A DNA stretch of 64,000 bases from assembly GCA_965223345.1 (NCBI GenBank), contig CBDCWG010000012.1, positions 1,152,001 through 1,216,000 of the forward strand. Direction: 5' to 3'. Source of the DNA: Nitrospinales bacterium. GTDB lineage: Bacteria; Nitrospinota; Nitrospinia; Nitrospinales; VA-1. A model generated the notes under the pieces. It was not told the origin of the DNA. It searched no databases and saw only the letters and a program-made list of their open reading frames with translations. Positions 8,642-18,773 of the stretch are shown in pieces (position 1 is the stretch's first letter; each line of letters opens with the position of its first letter). A program made the translations under genes and the position numbers.

Positions 8642-9316
8642 ATGAAAAAACTCCGTAAAGCGATAAAGAAAAACCTGATCGCAGGTCTTCTGGTCGTCGT
8701 CCCCGTGGCCCTGACCTACATGGTGCTGGCGTTTGTCATCCGCAACGTCGATAAGGCCATGCACCCGATCATCATCAAGGTCTTCGGTCCGGAAGGGCCG
8801 CAGATCATGGAGAAATACCACATCCCCGGCACCGGGGTGTTTTTCATGGTGGTGTTCATCATCCTGGTGGGACTGTTCGCCACGAATTTTCTCGGCAGGA
8901 AGGTGTTGCAACTGGGTGAGAAGATCGTGCACAACATTCCGTTCGTGCGCGTGATCTACACGAGCATCAAGAAAGTGGTGGACACCATTTCGCAGACCGA
9001 GACCCCTTCGTTTCAGGAGATGGTGCTGCTGACCTACCCGCGCCCTCCCTTAAAAGCGCTGGGGATCGTCTGCGGGGCCACGAAAGGCGAGATCGCGGGG
9101 AAGAGCCGAACCGAGGCGATCAACGTGTTCGTGCCGACCTCTCCCAACCCGACGACCGGGTTTCTGCTCATGGTTCCCAAACAGGATCTGGTCTTTTTGC
9201 AGATGACCGTGGAAGAGGGCCTGAAGATGATCATTTCCTTCGGCATGGTCAGCAACGCGCCCACAGGGGAACCGACGGTGGCTCTGGAGGAAGCGCTCAA
9301 GACCAAGGAAGGATAG
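8642..9316 (+). CDS. DUF502 domain membrane protein
   Basis: AGLLVVVPVALT, IPFVRVIYTSIKKV, VFVPTSPNPTTGFL, EEGLKMIISFG. Confidence 0.9.
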   Translation: MKKLRKAIKKNLIAGLLVVVPVALTYMVLAFVIRNVDKAMHPIIIKVFGPEGPQIMEKYHIPGTGVFFMVVFIILVGLFATNFLGRKVLQLGEKIVHNIPFVRVIYTSIKKVVDTISQTETPSFQEMVLLTYPRPPLKALGIVCGATKGEIAGKSRTEAINVFVPTSPNPTTGFLLMVPKQDLVFLQMTVEEGLKMIISFGMVSNAPTGEPTVALEEALKTKEG

Positions 9317-9352
9317 GACGGAAGGGGTAATCCGCTTCGCTGCCGGATGGGA

Positions 9353-9973
9353 TTATTTTTTCCTGTTCTTTCGTTTGCCTGCCAGTTTCTCGCTGATGTT
9401 TTTCGCCACCCGCACATCCAGCTTGCTCAGTACTTTTCCCGCCACCTTGCTTTTCATGCCCGAGATGATCTGAATGGCGAGATCCTCGTTGATGGCTTCC
9501 AGAAGATTGGCCGCCTCCTGCGGTTTCATGCTGGAATAGGCTTTCACCAGCGCCTCGACGTTTTTCTTGATCAGGTTTTTCTGGATGCCGATCTGTTCCT
9601 GGCTTTTGGCGATCGCGTCTTCGATCTTTTTCAGGTCCTCCTGGATTTTCTGCTCGAGCGCCTTGAGATGCTGCTCCCGCAGCTGGATGTTCTCCTCGCG
9701 CTGCTTCAAATCCCGGTTCTTTTTTTCGATCATTTCGATCATGCGGAAGGTCTCCGGGCTGACTCCGGGAACCGGGCCGGGAAGGCCGATCGGCTCCGGC
9801 TCCATCCCGGCTTCACTTTCCGCCGCCGTTTCGTCCGTCTCTTCCTGAGCTTTTTCCTCTTCTTTTTCCTGCGCGAACGCGGTGTTTTTCGAGGCGCTGT
9901 CCTGGAAAATGCCGCGGGCAAACAGAAAGACCGCGAGGGTGATCAGGATGGCGATGTACGATCGGGTTTTCAT
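9353..9973 (-). CDS. MotE/FlbB-like flagellar protein (MgtE N-terminal-like domain)
   Basis: N-terminal TM, coiled coil, LVKAYSSMKPQEAANLL...GKVLSKLD; directly downstream of fliJ. Confidence 0.75.
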   Translation of the reverse strand: MKTRSYIAILITLAVFLFARGIFQDSASKNTAFAQEKEEEKAQEETDETAAESEAGMEPEPIGLPGPVPGVSPETFRMIEMIEKKNRDLKQREENIQLREQHLKALEQKIQEDLKKIEDAIAKSQEQIGIQKNLIKKNVEALVKAYSSMKPQEAANLLEAINEDLAIQIISGMKSKVAGKVLSKLDVRVAKNISEKLAGKRKNRKK

Positions 9974-9983
9974 GGTCGGGTCG

Positions 9984-10424
9984 TCAGGACTGCAGGCGCC
10001 AGATGTTGGCGCCGGTTTCGTCCTGAATTTCGATTTCCTTTTTCTGCTGTGCTTTTCTTTGTTTCCCGGCGTCTTTTTCCTTGAGGATCTCCAGGGTGCG
10101 GCGCTTGCGCATGGCTTCGATGACCTCAGCCCGCTTTTTCTGGAATTTTTCCTCGATCTCGCCGATCACCTGATTCTGCCGCTTCTCCTCGTTGCTCACT
10201 CCGGAGAAGAAGTTGTCGTAGAGGACCAGCTTGTCGATGTTGAGGGGTTGGTCCATGATACGGGTCATTTCCTTTTTCCGGTCTTCGGCGATGTCCTGCA
10301 TGAACTGCAGGCGTTTTTTCTGATTCTGCAGATGGTTTTCGATCATGCCGAGTTCGCGCACCAGCACATCCTCTCGGTTTTTGCGGATCTTGAGCAACGT
10401 TTCGAATCGAAACTTCATAGCCAT
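9984..10424 (-). CDS. fliJ: Flagellar export protein FliJ
   Basis: KFRFETLLKIR N-terminus, coiled coil, LEILKEK...EIQDE; follows fliI. Confidence 0.85.
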   Translation of the reverse strand: MAMKFRFETLLKIRKNREDVLVRELGMIENHLQNQKKRLQFMQDIAEDRKKEMTRIMDQPLNIDKLVLYDNFFSGVSNEEKRQNQVIGEIEEKFQKKRAEVIEAMRKRRTLEILKEKDAGKQRKAQQKKEIEIQDETGANIWRLQS

Positions 10425-10482
10425 CTCTCCTGCACGCGCATGAAACCCGCAGCGCGGGGTTCAATCGTGTGAATCCCGCGCT

Positions 10483-11811
10483 TCATGCCCGTCCCTCGAG
10501 GATGGCGCGCAGGCCGCGGATGCTGTCGTCGAGATTGACTGATTCGTAGATCTTCTGCTTGAGATAGAGATTCATGGCCTCGATCTTGTTCAGCGCGTCG
10601 TCGATTTTGGCGTTGGTGCCTCTCGTGTAGGCTCCGATGTTGATCAGGTCCTCGGCTTCCTTGTAGGTCGCGAGCACGTCGCGAAAGCGCATCGCCAGAT
10701 CCTGGTGTTCCTGCGAAACCACGTCGATCATCAGGCGGCTGATGCTGTTCAGGATGTCAACCGCGGGATAGTGGTTGTGCGCCGCCAGTTCGCGGCTCAA
10801 CACGATGTGCCCGTCCAGGATGGCGCGCACCGCGTCGGACACCGGTTCGTTGAGATCGTCGCCTTCAACCAGAACCGTGTACAGGCCGGTGATCGAACCC
10901 TCGCCGCCGTGAGTGCCGGCGCGCTCCAGCAGTTTGGGAAGCATGGAAAAAACCGAAGGCGGATAGCCGCGCGTCGTGGGCGGCTCGCCCACGGACAGGC
11001 CGATCTCCCTCTGGGCCAGCGCAAAGCGGGTGACCGAATCCATCATGAGGATGACGTCCTTGCCACGGTCGCGGAAGTATTCCGCCACCGCCGTGGCGGT
11101 GAAAGCGCCGCGCAGGCGCACGAGCGGCGGCTGGTCGGCTGCGGCGGCCACCACAACGGATTTTTTCAACCCTTCGGGACCCAGGTTTTCCTCGATGAAC
11201 TCCTTGACCTCGCGTCCGCGTTCGCCGATCAGCGCGATCACGATCACTTCGGCGGGCGTGTTGCGGGCGATCATGCCGAGCAGCACCGATTTGCCGACGC
11301 CGGTTCCCGCCATGATGCCGACGCGCTGGCCTTTGGCGCAGGTGATCAGCCCGTTGATGGAACGGATGCCGATGTCCAGCGGTTGCCGCACGCGGGCGCG
11401 TTCCATCGGATTCGACGGGGTGCCCATGAGCGGGTAGTCCATTCCGGGGGTGCACGGGCCTTTGCCGTCCAGCGGGCGGCCGTTGCCGTCGATGATGCGG
11501 CCGATGAGGTGGTCGCTCACGTTGACGCTGGGGTACTCGTCCTCGGAGACGATGAGGCTGCCGGGCTGCACGCCCATGAGGTCGCCCAGGGGCATCAGCA
11601 GGGTGGCGTTTTCGCGGAAGCCCACCACCTGCGCCTCCACCGGCGGCCGGTCGTTGCCGGGGTGGATGGTGCACAGGCTGCCGATGGAGGCGGCCGGGCC
11701 CTGGCCTTCGAGGATGAGGCCGATGATGCGCTTCACCTTGCCGGTTTTGCGGATGAACGCCGTGTTTTCGATGTAGGCGCTGTACTTTCTAAGATCGATG
11801 GTGTCTTCCAT
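10483..11811 (-). CDS. fliI: Flagellar export ATPase FliI
   Basis: GQRVGIMAGTGVGKS, ALIGERGREV, MDSVTRFALAQREIGL, GEPPTTRGYPPS, LDGHIVLSR. Confidence 0.96.
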   Translation of the reverse strand: MEDTIDLRKYSAYIENTAFIRKTGKVKRIIGLILEGQGPAASIGSLCTIHPGNDRPPVEAQVVGFRENATLLMPLGDLMGVQPGSLIVSEDEYPSVNVSDHLIGRIIDGNGRPLDGKGPCTPGMDYPLMGTPSNPMERARVRQPLDIGIRSINGLITCAKGQRVGIMAGTGVGKSVLLGMIARNTPAEVIVIALIGERGREVKEFIEENLGPEGLKKSVVVAAAADQPPLVRLRGAFTATAVAEYFRDRGKDVILMMDSVTRFALAQREIGLSVGEPPTTRGYPPSVFSMLPKLLERAGTHGGEGSITGLYTVLVEGDDLNEPVSDAVRAILDGHIVLSRELAAHNHYPAVDILNSISRLMIDVVSQEHQDLAMRFRDVLATYKEAEDLINIGAYTRGTNAKIDDALNKIEAMNLYLKQKIYESVNLDDSIRGLRAILEGRA

Positions 11812-11817
11812 GGAGCG

Positions 11818-12642
11818 TCATTCCTCCCTGGGCTCTTGCGGCTCCACAGGCGACTCCGCCTGGGACTCCGCCTGGGACTCCACCTGCGGCGCCAGATGCA
11901 ACAGCTTGTCGATCTGCGCTTCCAGTTGATCCATGCGCGCGTCCACGGTGCCGAAGTTCGATTCGACCACGCAGCCTCCCCGCTCGATGCCGGGGTTTTC
12001 CTCGAAAGTGACGTTTTTGATCTCGCCGAAAAGAGCGGCCAGTTCCGGACGGAATTTTTCGGCGTACTCCTTGTCCTTCGGATGGACCTGGATGGTCATC
12101 GATTCCTTGTCCAGCACGGACTGCACCGCGAGGCGGATCATTTCCTGAACGTTTTCCTCTTTGGTGGACAGCTCGACGTGGATGATCTTTTTCACCAGCG
12201 CCAGCACCATTTCGATCATCTCCCGTTCCACCTTGGGATACATGTTCCTGCGGAATTCGGAAAGGGTCTGGATCAGGTTTTGCGCGCTTTCGAGGACCGG
12301 GCCGCATTCTTCCCGCGCCTGGTTTTCTCCCTGCTCAAAGCCCTCCGCGTGGCCTTTCTCGCGGCCTTCCTGCTCGGCCTGCGCCTTGATTTCCGCAGCC
12401 TGCTCCTTGGCCTTTTCGTAGGCGTCTCTCAGGATCTGCTTCACACCCGCCCGGGCTTTTTCCATGTTGGCGGGATGCCGGTCGCGCGCTTCCTCCGAAT
12501 CGTAAACGAAGCCGGTGTTACGCGGTGCGGTCTCCCCCCACTCGGGAAAGCTGAAATCCACAGGCTCTGCGGAAGCCGGCGGCTCGGCGTTTTCGGCATC
12601 GCCGGACCATTTGCGCGTGAAACCTGTAGGCTCTTCAGACAA
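11818..12642 (-). CDS. fliH: Flagellar assembly protein FliH
   Basis: GxxxG repeats (EGREKGHAEGFEQG), IERGGCVVESNFGTVDA; likely TTG start at 12642 with GGGAGG RBS, overlapping the fliG stop. Confidence 0.88.
   Translation of the reverse strand: MSEEPTGFTRKWSGDAENAEPPASAEPVDFSFPEWGETAPRNTGFVYDSEEARDRHPANMEKARAGVKQILRDAYEKAKEQAAEIKAQAEQEGREKGHAEGFEQGENQAREECGPVLESAQNLIQTLSEFRRNMYPKVEREMIEMVLALVKKIIHVELSTKEENVQEMIRLAVQSVLDKESMTIQVHPKDKEYAEKFRPELAALFGEIKNVTFEENPGIERGGCVVESNFGTVDARMDQLEAQIDKLLHLAPQVESQAESQAESPVEPQEPREE
11852..11886. repeat. 12-bp tandem repeat (about 3 copies) in the fliH 3' end
   Basis: GACTCCGCCTGG x2 plus GACTCCACCTG; encodes QVES-QAES-QAES tail. Confidence 0.7.
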
Positions 12643-13648
12643 GTTCTTCGCCTCCCGCTCCGCCCACCGCAAGCTTGCCTTCTTCCTCCAGCCGTTTGCA
12701 GACCGCCACGATTTTCTGCTGGGCTTTTTCCACTTCGCTGATCTTGGTGGGGCCCATGGATTCCAGGTCTTCCTTGAGCATCAGGCCCGCGCGTTCGGAC
12801 ATGTTGTTGAACCATTTTTCCTTGAGGCCGTCGCTCGCGGTTTTCAGGGAGATGAGCAAATCCTCCTGGTTGATTTCCTTGAGGATCATCTGGATGCCGT
12901 GGTCGTCGATCTTGAGGATGTCCTCGTACGTGAACCTGAGGTTGCGGATTTCGTTGGCCATGTCCGGATCGACTTCGTCCATGGCGCTCAGGATGGTCGA
13001 TTCGGTGCCGCGGTCGAGGGAGCCCATGATCTGCGCGGCGTTTTCGAGGCCGCCGAGCTTGCTTCCCGAAACCGCGCCCGAGGCGCGGAATTCGTTCTGC
13101 AGGGCTTCGTCGAGTTCGCGGATGATGTGCGGCGACACGCGCTCCAGAGACGCGAGGCGGTGGACGATCTCCATGCGCTGCTCTTCCGGCAACTCGCGGA
13201 TCGTCTGGCTGGCGATCTGCGGTTCCAGATGCGCCATGACGATGGCGGCGGTCTGCGGGTGCTCGTTGGTCAAAAACGTGGCGATGGTGCGCGGCTCCAG
13301 CATGCGCACGGTTTCCAGGCCGCCGCCGATTTCCTCGCCCGGAGTGGTGATGTTGTTTAAAATTTCCGTGGCCTTGTTGGGATCGAGGGCTTTCATCAAC
13401 GTGGTTTTCAAAAAGTCCATGCCGCCGATTCCCAGGCCGCCGGTGCCGGCTTCGACGCTGTCGTAAAATTCCTTGGTGATGTTGTCCATGACGACGGTGT
13501 CCACGTCTCCCAGAGAGGACATGTAGTTGCCGATGATCTGGATCTCCCGTTCGTCCATGTTGGAAAGCACCGCGGCGGCGTTTTCTTCTCCCAGGGACAT
13601 GAGCAGGATGGCCGCTTTTTCAGGTCCCGTGTATTTGGTGGTGGTCAT
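12635..13648 (-). CDS. fliG: Flagellar motor switch protein FliG
   Basis: KAAILLMSLGEE, EHPQTAAIVMAHL, NMSERAG, SEVEKAQQKIV. Confidence 0.96.
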   Translation of the reverse strand: MTTTKYTGPEKAAILLMSLGEENAAAVLSNMDEREIQIIGNYMSSLGDVDTVVMDNITKEFYDSVEAGTGGLGIGGMDFLKTTLMKALDPNKATEILNNITTPGEEIGGGLETVRMLEPRTIATFLTNEHPQTAAIVMAHLEPQIASQTIRELPEEQRMEIVHRLASLERVSPHIIRELDEALQNEFRASGAVSGSKLGGLENAAQIMGSLDRGTESTILSAMDEVDPDMANEIRNLRFTYEDILKIDDHGIQMILKEINQEDLLISLKTASDGLKEKWFNNMSERAGLMLKEDLESMGPTKISEVEKAQQKIVAVCKRLEEEGKLAVGGAGGEELV

Positions 13649-13698
13649 GCTCCAGCCTCAATCGATGTTGAATACAGCTTGGGTTGCACTCAATCGCA

Positions 13699-15291
13699 TC
13701 ACGTTGCCGGTCCCTTGTCCCGCATCCATTTGCGGATCACCCCGGCGGTGAACTTGGGATCGCTGGCGACGAAGTCGGACACGGCCTGTTTGATCTGCGT
13801 CGCTTCGTTCGCCGCTTCTCCGAGACGTTTTTTCTCCTCTTCGATGGCGTCCATTTCCGCGGCGGTCAGCTCTCCCTGCGGATCGGGGACCACTTCCATC
13901 GACGTGGTCATCCAGTTGATGAGCGGGCGGATGACGCGCGTGAAAAACAGCAGGATGAACAGCGCGCCGAGCACGTATTTCGCGATCTGGAACGCCAGGT
14001 CCATGGTCTCGGCCTTGGCGATGCGTTTTTCCTCGTCCGCCACCAGCGAGCGGTCGAACTCGACGTTCTCCACCTGGATCTGGTCGCCACGTTTTTCATC
14101 GTAGCCGACGGCGGACTGCACGATCTGCAGGTACTTCGCCATTTCCTCCTCGGAACGGGCCTGGTAGGCGGGCGGGTCGCCGGCGATCGTGCCGTCGATC
14201 AGCACCGCGACCGAGAGCTTTTTGATGGTGCCCACCGGCCGGGAAATCGAACGCACCACTTTGTTGATCTCGTAATTGAACGTCTGGTTTTCCTTGTCGC
14301 GCTTGGCGGGCTGGCCGGAGGCGGCGCCCTGGTTGTTGCCGGTGGGAACGAGGCTTTGTGCGCCGGGAACGCCGCCGGGAGGCAGCGCCCCGAGGGTCGA
14401 TTCGGTCACCAGTTGCTCGCTGCGCACCACCTGGGAATCGGGATCGAAAATCTCCTCGGTGCGGTCGATTTTTTCAAAGTCCAGTTCCGCGTTCACCTGG
14501 GCGATGACCTTGCCTTTGCCCAACGCGTTTTCCAGCATTTTGACAATGTCTTCCTGCAACTGGTTCTCCACCCGCAGTTTGTGCTGGTAGTTGCTGGACG
14601 CCCGCAGCGTGTTGGCGGGTCCTTCCTTGCCGCCGGAGAGGATGTTCCCCTTGAGATCGACGACCACCACATCGCGCGCGTCGATCCGCTCGACGCTTGC
14701 GGACACCAGGTGAACGATTCCCTGGGCCTGCTCTTTGGTGAGGGATTTGCCCGGTTTGACCTTGATGGTGACGGACGCCTTGCCGCGCGGTTTTTCTTTC
14801 AGGAACAGCGTGTCTTTGGGAATGACCAGATGCACCCGGGCCTGCTCGACGGCGTCGAGGGTCTTGATGGTGCGGGCCAGCTCGCCCTGCAGGGCGCGCT
14901 GGAAATTGAGCTTCTGGATGAAGTCGGTCATGCCCAGAGCGGTTTCCTCGAACATCTCAAGCCCCACTTCGCCGCCTTCGGGCAGTCCTTCGGCGGCCAG
15001 TTGCAGCCTGAGTTCGTGCATCTTGTCGGCCGGCACCCGGATGGTCTGGCCGCCGTCGGCCAGTTCGTAGGGGATTTTCTGAGCCTTCAGGCGCTCGACG
15101 ATCTGTGCGGCGTCCTGGGGCGTCAGTCGGGCGTACAGGAGCTGGTAATCGGGAGCCCTGAGCCACAGGCTCATGGCGAACAGGGAAGCGATGCCCGCGC
15201 CGATCAGCACCAGGACAGCCACCTTCTGTCCCTGGGACATTTCCTGAAAGCGTTCGGAGAGCTGTCTTATGAGTGCCGTGAGTTTTTCCAT
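13699..15291 (-). CDS. fliF: Flagellar M-ring protein FliF
   Basis: QRALQGELARTI, ARVHLVIPK, ASVTIK, NYEINK, KKLSVAVLIDG, GYDEKRGDQI; two TM segments. Confidence 0.96.
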   Translation of the reverse strand: MEKLTALIRQLSERFQEMSQGQKVAVLVLIGAGIASLFAMSLWLRAPDYQLLYARLTPQDAAQIVERLKAQKIPYELADGGQTIRVPADKMHELRLQLAAEGLPEGGEVGLEMFEETALGMTDFIQKLNFQRALQGELARTIKTLDAVEQARVHLVIPKDTLFLKEKPRGKASVTIKVKPGKSLTKEQAQGIVHLVSASVERIDARDVVVVDLKGNILSGGKEGPANTLRASSNYQHKLRVENQLQEDIVKMLENALGKGKVIAQVNAELDFEKIDRTEEIFDPDSQVVRSEQLVTESTLGALPPGGVPGAQSLVPTGNNQGAASGQPAKRDKENQTFNYEINKVVRSISRPVGTIKKLSVAVLIDGTIAGDPPAYQARSEEEMAKYLQIVQSAVGYDEKRGDQIQVENVEFDRSLVADEEKRIAKAETMDLAFQIAKYVLGALFILLFFTRVIRPLINWMTTSMEVVPDPQGELTAAEMDAIEEEKKRLGEAANEATQIKQAVSDFVASDPKFTAGVIRKWMRDKGPAT

Positions 15292-15360
15292 TGTTTCTCG
15301 ATCAGTCTGAAATCATCGCCTGCAAAGCGTCAGATTCATTGCGGTGTGTCAGAGCGGGCC

Positions 15361-15798
15361 TTATCTTCCGAGTTCGATGGCCCGCAGCGCCATGGATTTC
15401 GCGGCGTTCATGGCGGTGATGTTCGCCTCGAACGAGCGGGTGGTGGTGACCATGTCCACGATTTCACTGATGGCGTCGATGTTGGGAAGCTGCAGGTAGC
15501 CCTGGGCGTTGGCATCGGGATGATTGGGATTGAACACCGTGCGCGGTTCCGAGGTGTCGCGCACCACATTGGTCACCAGAACCTGGTTCAGGCTGTCACC
15601 GAGCTCGCCCTTGAGCACCGAGGCGAAATCGTCCTGCATGGGCAGCGCGGAGACGACGACGTCTTTACGGCGGTAGGGGCCGCCTTCGGCGGTGCGGGTG
15701 GTTTCCACGTTCGCCAGGTTGCTGGCGATGGTTTCCATCCGGTGGCGCTGCACGTTCAATCCGGATGCGCTGATTTTCATCGACGTCAAAAAGTCCAT
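15361..15798 (-). CDS. flgC: Flagellar basal-body rod protein FlgC
   Basis: ISASGLNVQRHRMETIASNLANVETTRTAEGGPYRRK, HPDANAQGY, RSFEAN; ATG 15798 with GGAG RBS. Confidence 0.95.
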   Translation of the reverse strand: MDFLTSMKISASGLNVQRHRMETIASNLANVETTRTAEGGPYRRKDVVVSALPMQDDFASVLKGELGDSLNQVLVTNVVRDTSEPRTVFNPNHPDANAQGYLQLPNIDAISEIVDMVTTTRSFEANITAMNAAKSMALRAIELGR

Positions 15799-15878
15799 GG
15801 TTTCTCCATCTGGAAAAAGGGGTCGGGTAAATAAATCAAAACCCATTGAAAAAAACGACAAAGACCACAAAAATAAAA

Positions 15879-15893
15879 GCAAGTTCTATACCA
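15879..15893 (-). promoter_or_regulatory. sigma54 (-24/-12) promoter of flgC-fliF operon
   Basis: Minus strand TGGTATAGAACTTGC(T), exact GG-N10-GC spacing, ~80 bp before flgC; IHF-like TATCAATGGCTTC at 15952-15964. Confidence 0.75.
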
Positions 15894-16070
15894 AACCCGG
15901 TCAAAATTTTGCCAGTGCCCGGCTGTGGATTGGAAGATTTAAGCGCAACGTTATCAATGGCTTCTTAGAGAGATGTTGAGTCTGCAAAAAGGGCGAGGCG
16001 AGCGGGTGGGAGCCGGTGTGAAAAAACTGTCATGGATTTGACGATTAGGGAAAAATTGCACCGGTCGCGA

Positions 16071-17442
<1,372 letters not shown>

Positions 17443-17453
<11 letters not shown>

Positions 17454-18717
17454 CCAGTTCGTCGTCCCAGGAGGGGAGTTTCACGGTGAAAGTGGTGCCG
17501 CGGCCTTCTTCGCTGTCCGCGTCGATGGTCCCCTGGTGGGCCTTGATGATGTTGTGGGAAATCGAGAGGCCGAGCCCGGTTCCTTTTTCCTTGGTGGTGA
17601 AGAAGGGATTGAAGATTTTCATGAGGTGGTCCGTCGGGATGCCGCCGCCGCTGTCGGAGACGGTGAGGGTGATGAACTGCCGGTGATCCTTGCCGGGACC
17701 GGGGGCGGTGCCTTTCTGCGTGGCCAGCTTCAACTCACCGCCCTTGGGCATGGCCTGGATGCCGTTGCGGATGAGGTTCACGAACACCTGCTTCAACAGT
17801 TCCTTGTCGCCGCAGACCACGAGGTTGTCCGGATCGAAACTCGACGTGATGCGGACGTTTTCGGGCACCGTCAACGCGGATGTGTCGTCGAGCAGGTTTT
17901 CGATGAGTTCCTTGGCGTTGCATTTTTGCCGCGAGGGGCGCGGGGATTTGGCGAACAGCAGCAGCGCGGAGATGATCCGGTCCATGTTTTTGACTCCGGA
18001 CTGGATGTGCTCGACGAGGTGCTTTTTTTCGGCATCGTGTTCGAGGTCTTTTTTGAGAAGCGAGGCGAACAGCTCGATGCCGCCCAAAGGGTTGCGGATC
18101 TCGTGCGCGATGCCCGCCGCCATCTCTCCCATGGCGCGAAGCCTCTGGTTTCTTTGCGCCTCAAACTCGAGGCGCCGCACTTCGCTGAGATCCTGCACGA
18201 TCAAAACGGTTCCGATCGGCGTTTCGTCCGGGTCCTTGACGAAAGAGGCGGAGGCGCGCACGTGCACCTGCCGGTCTCCCTTGCCGGGGATGTCGCGCTC
18301 CAGGCTCAGCGGTCCGCTCCCGGTTTTGCCCAGCCGCTGGATCATGTTCTCGAACAGGTCGTGGGAAAAAACGGTTTTCAACGGGCGGCCCAGGCAGGCA
18401 TCCGGCGCTTTGCCGGTGATGGCGCCTGCAGTTTTGTTGAAGGTGGTGATGTGCCCTTCCACGTCCACCACGATGACGCCGGTGGTGAGGCTTTCCAGGA
18501 TGTTGTGCAGGTAGTTTTTGACTTCCTCTTTTTCCTTGAGGTTGTTTTCCAGAGCCCGGTTTTTATCCGCCAGCTCCAGGTCCAGCTTCTTCACGCGTTC
18601 TTTGAGGTTGTTGTAGGAGTCCTGCAACTGCTGGGTGGCCTCGTTGAACGCCTGAAAGGCCTGACTCAATATTTCGACTTCTTCTTTCGATTTGTTTCCC
18701 TGGCGGGGTTCGTTCAT
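17443..18717 (-). CDS. Cytoplasmic PAS sensor histidine kinase (FleS/FlrB/FlgS-like)
   Basis: N-terminal coiled coil (FQAFNEATQQLQDSY), PAS, H-box AHEIRNPLGGI, NLIRNG, DSGGGI, FFTTKEKGTGLGL; no TM; ATG 18717 preferred over 18762. Confidence 0.92.
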
Positions 18718-18773
18718 GGAAAATAAAACACAAGGTGAGAGGTGGGACGAAACGACGGCCACATTATAGAGGA

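Noticed and set aside
10705..15834. Long plus-strand ORFs 10705..12741 (678 aa) and 13684..15834 (716 aa)
   Set aside because: Antisense shadows of fliI/fliH/fliF/flgC; no motifs; expected in GC-rich DNA with strong codon bias.
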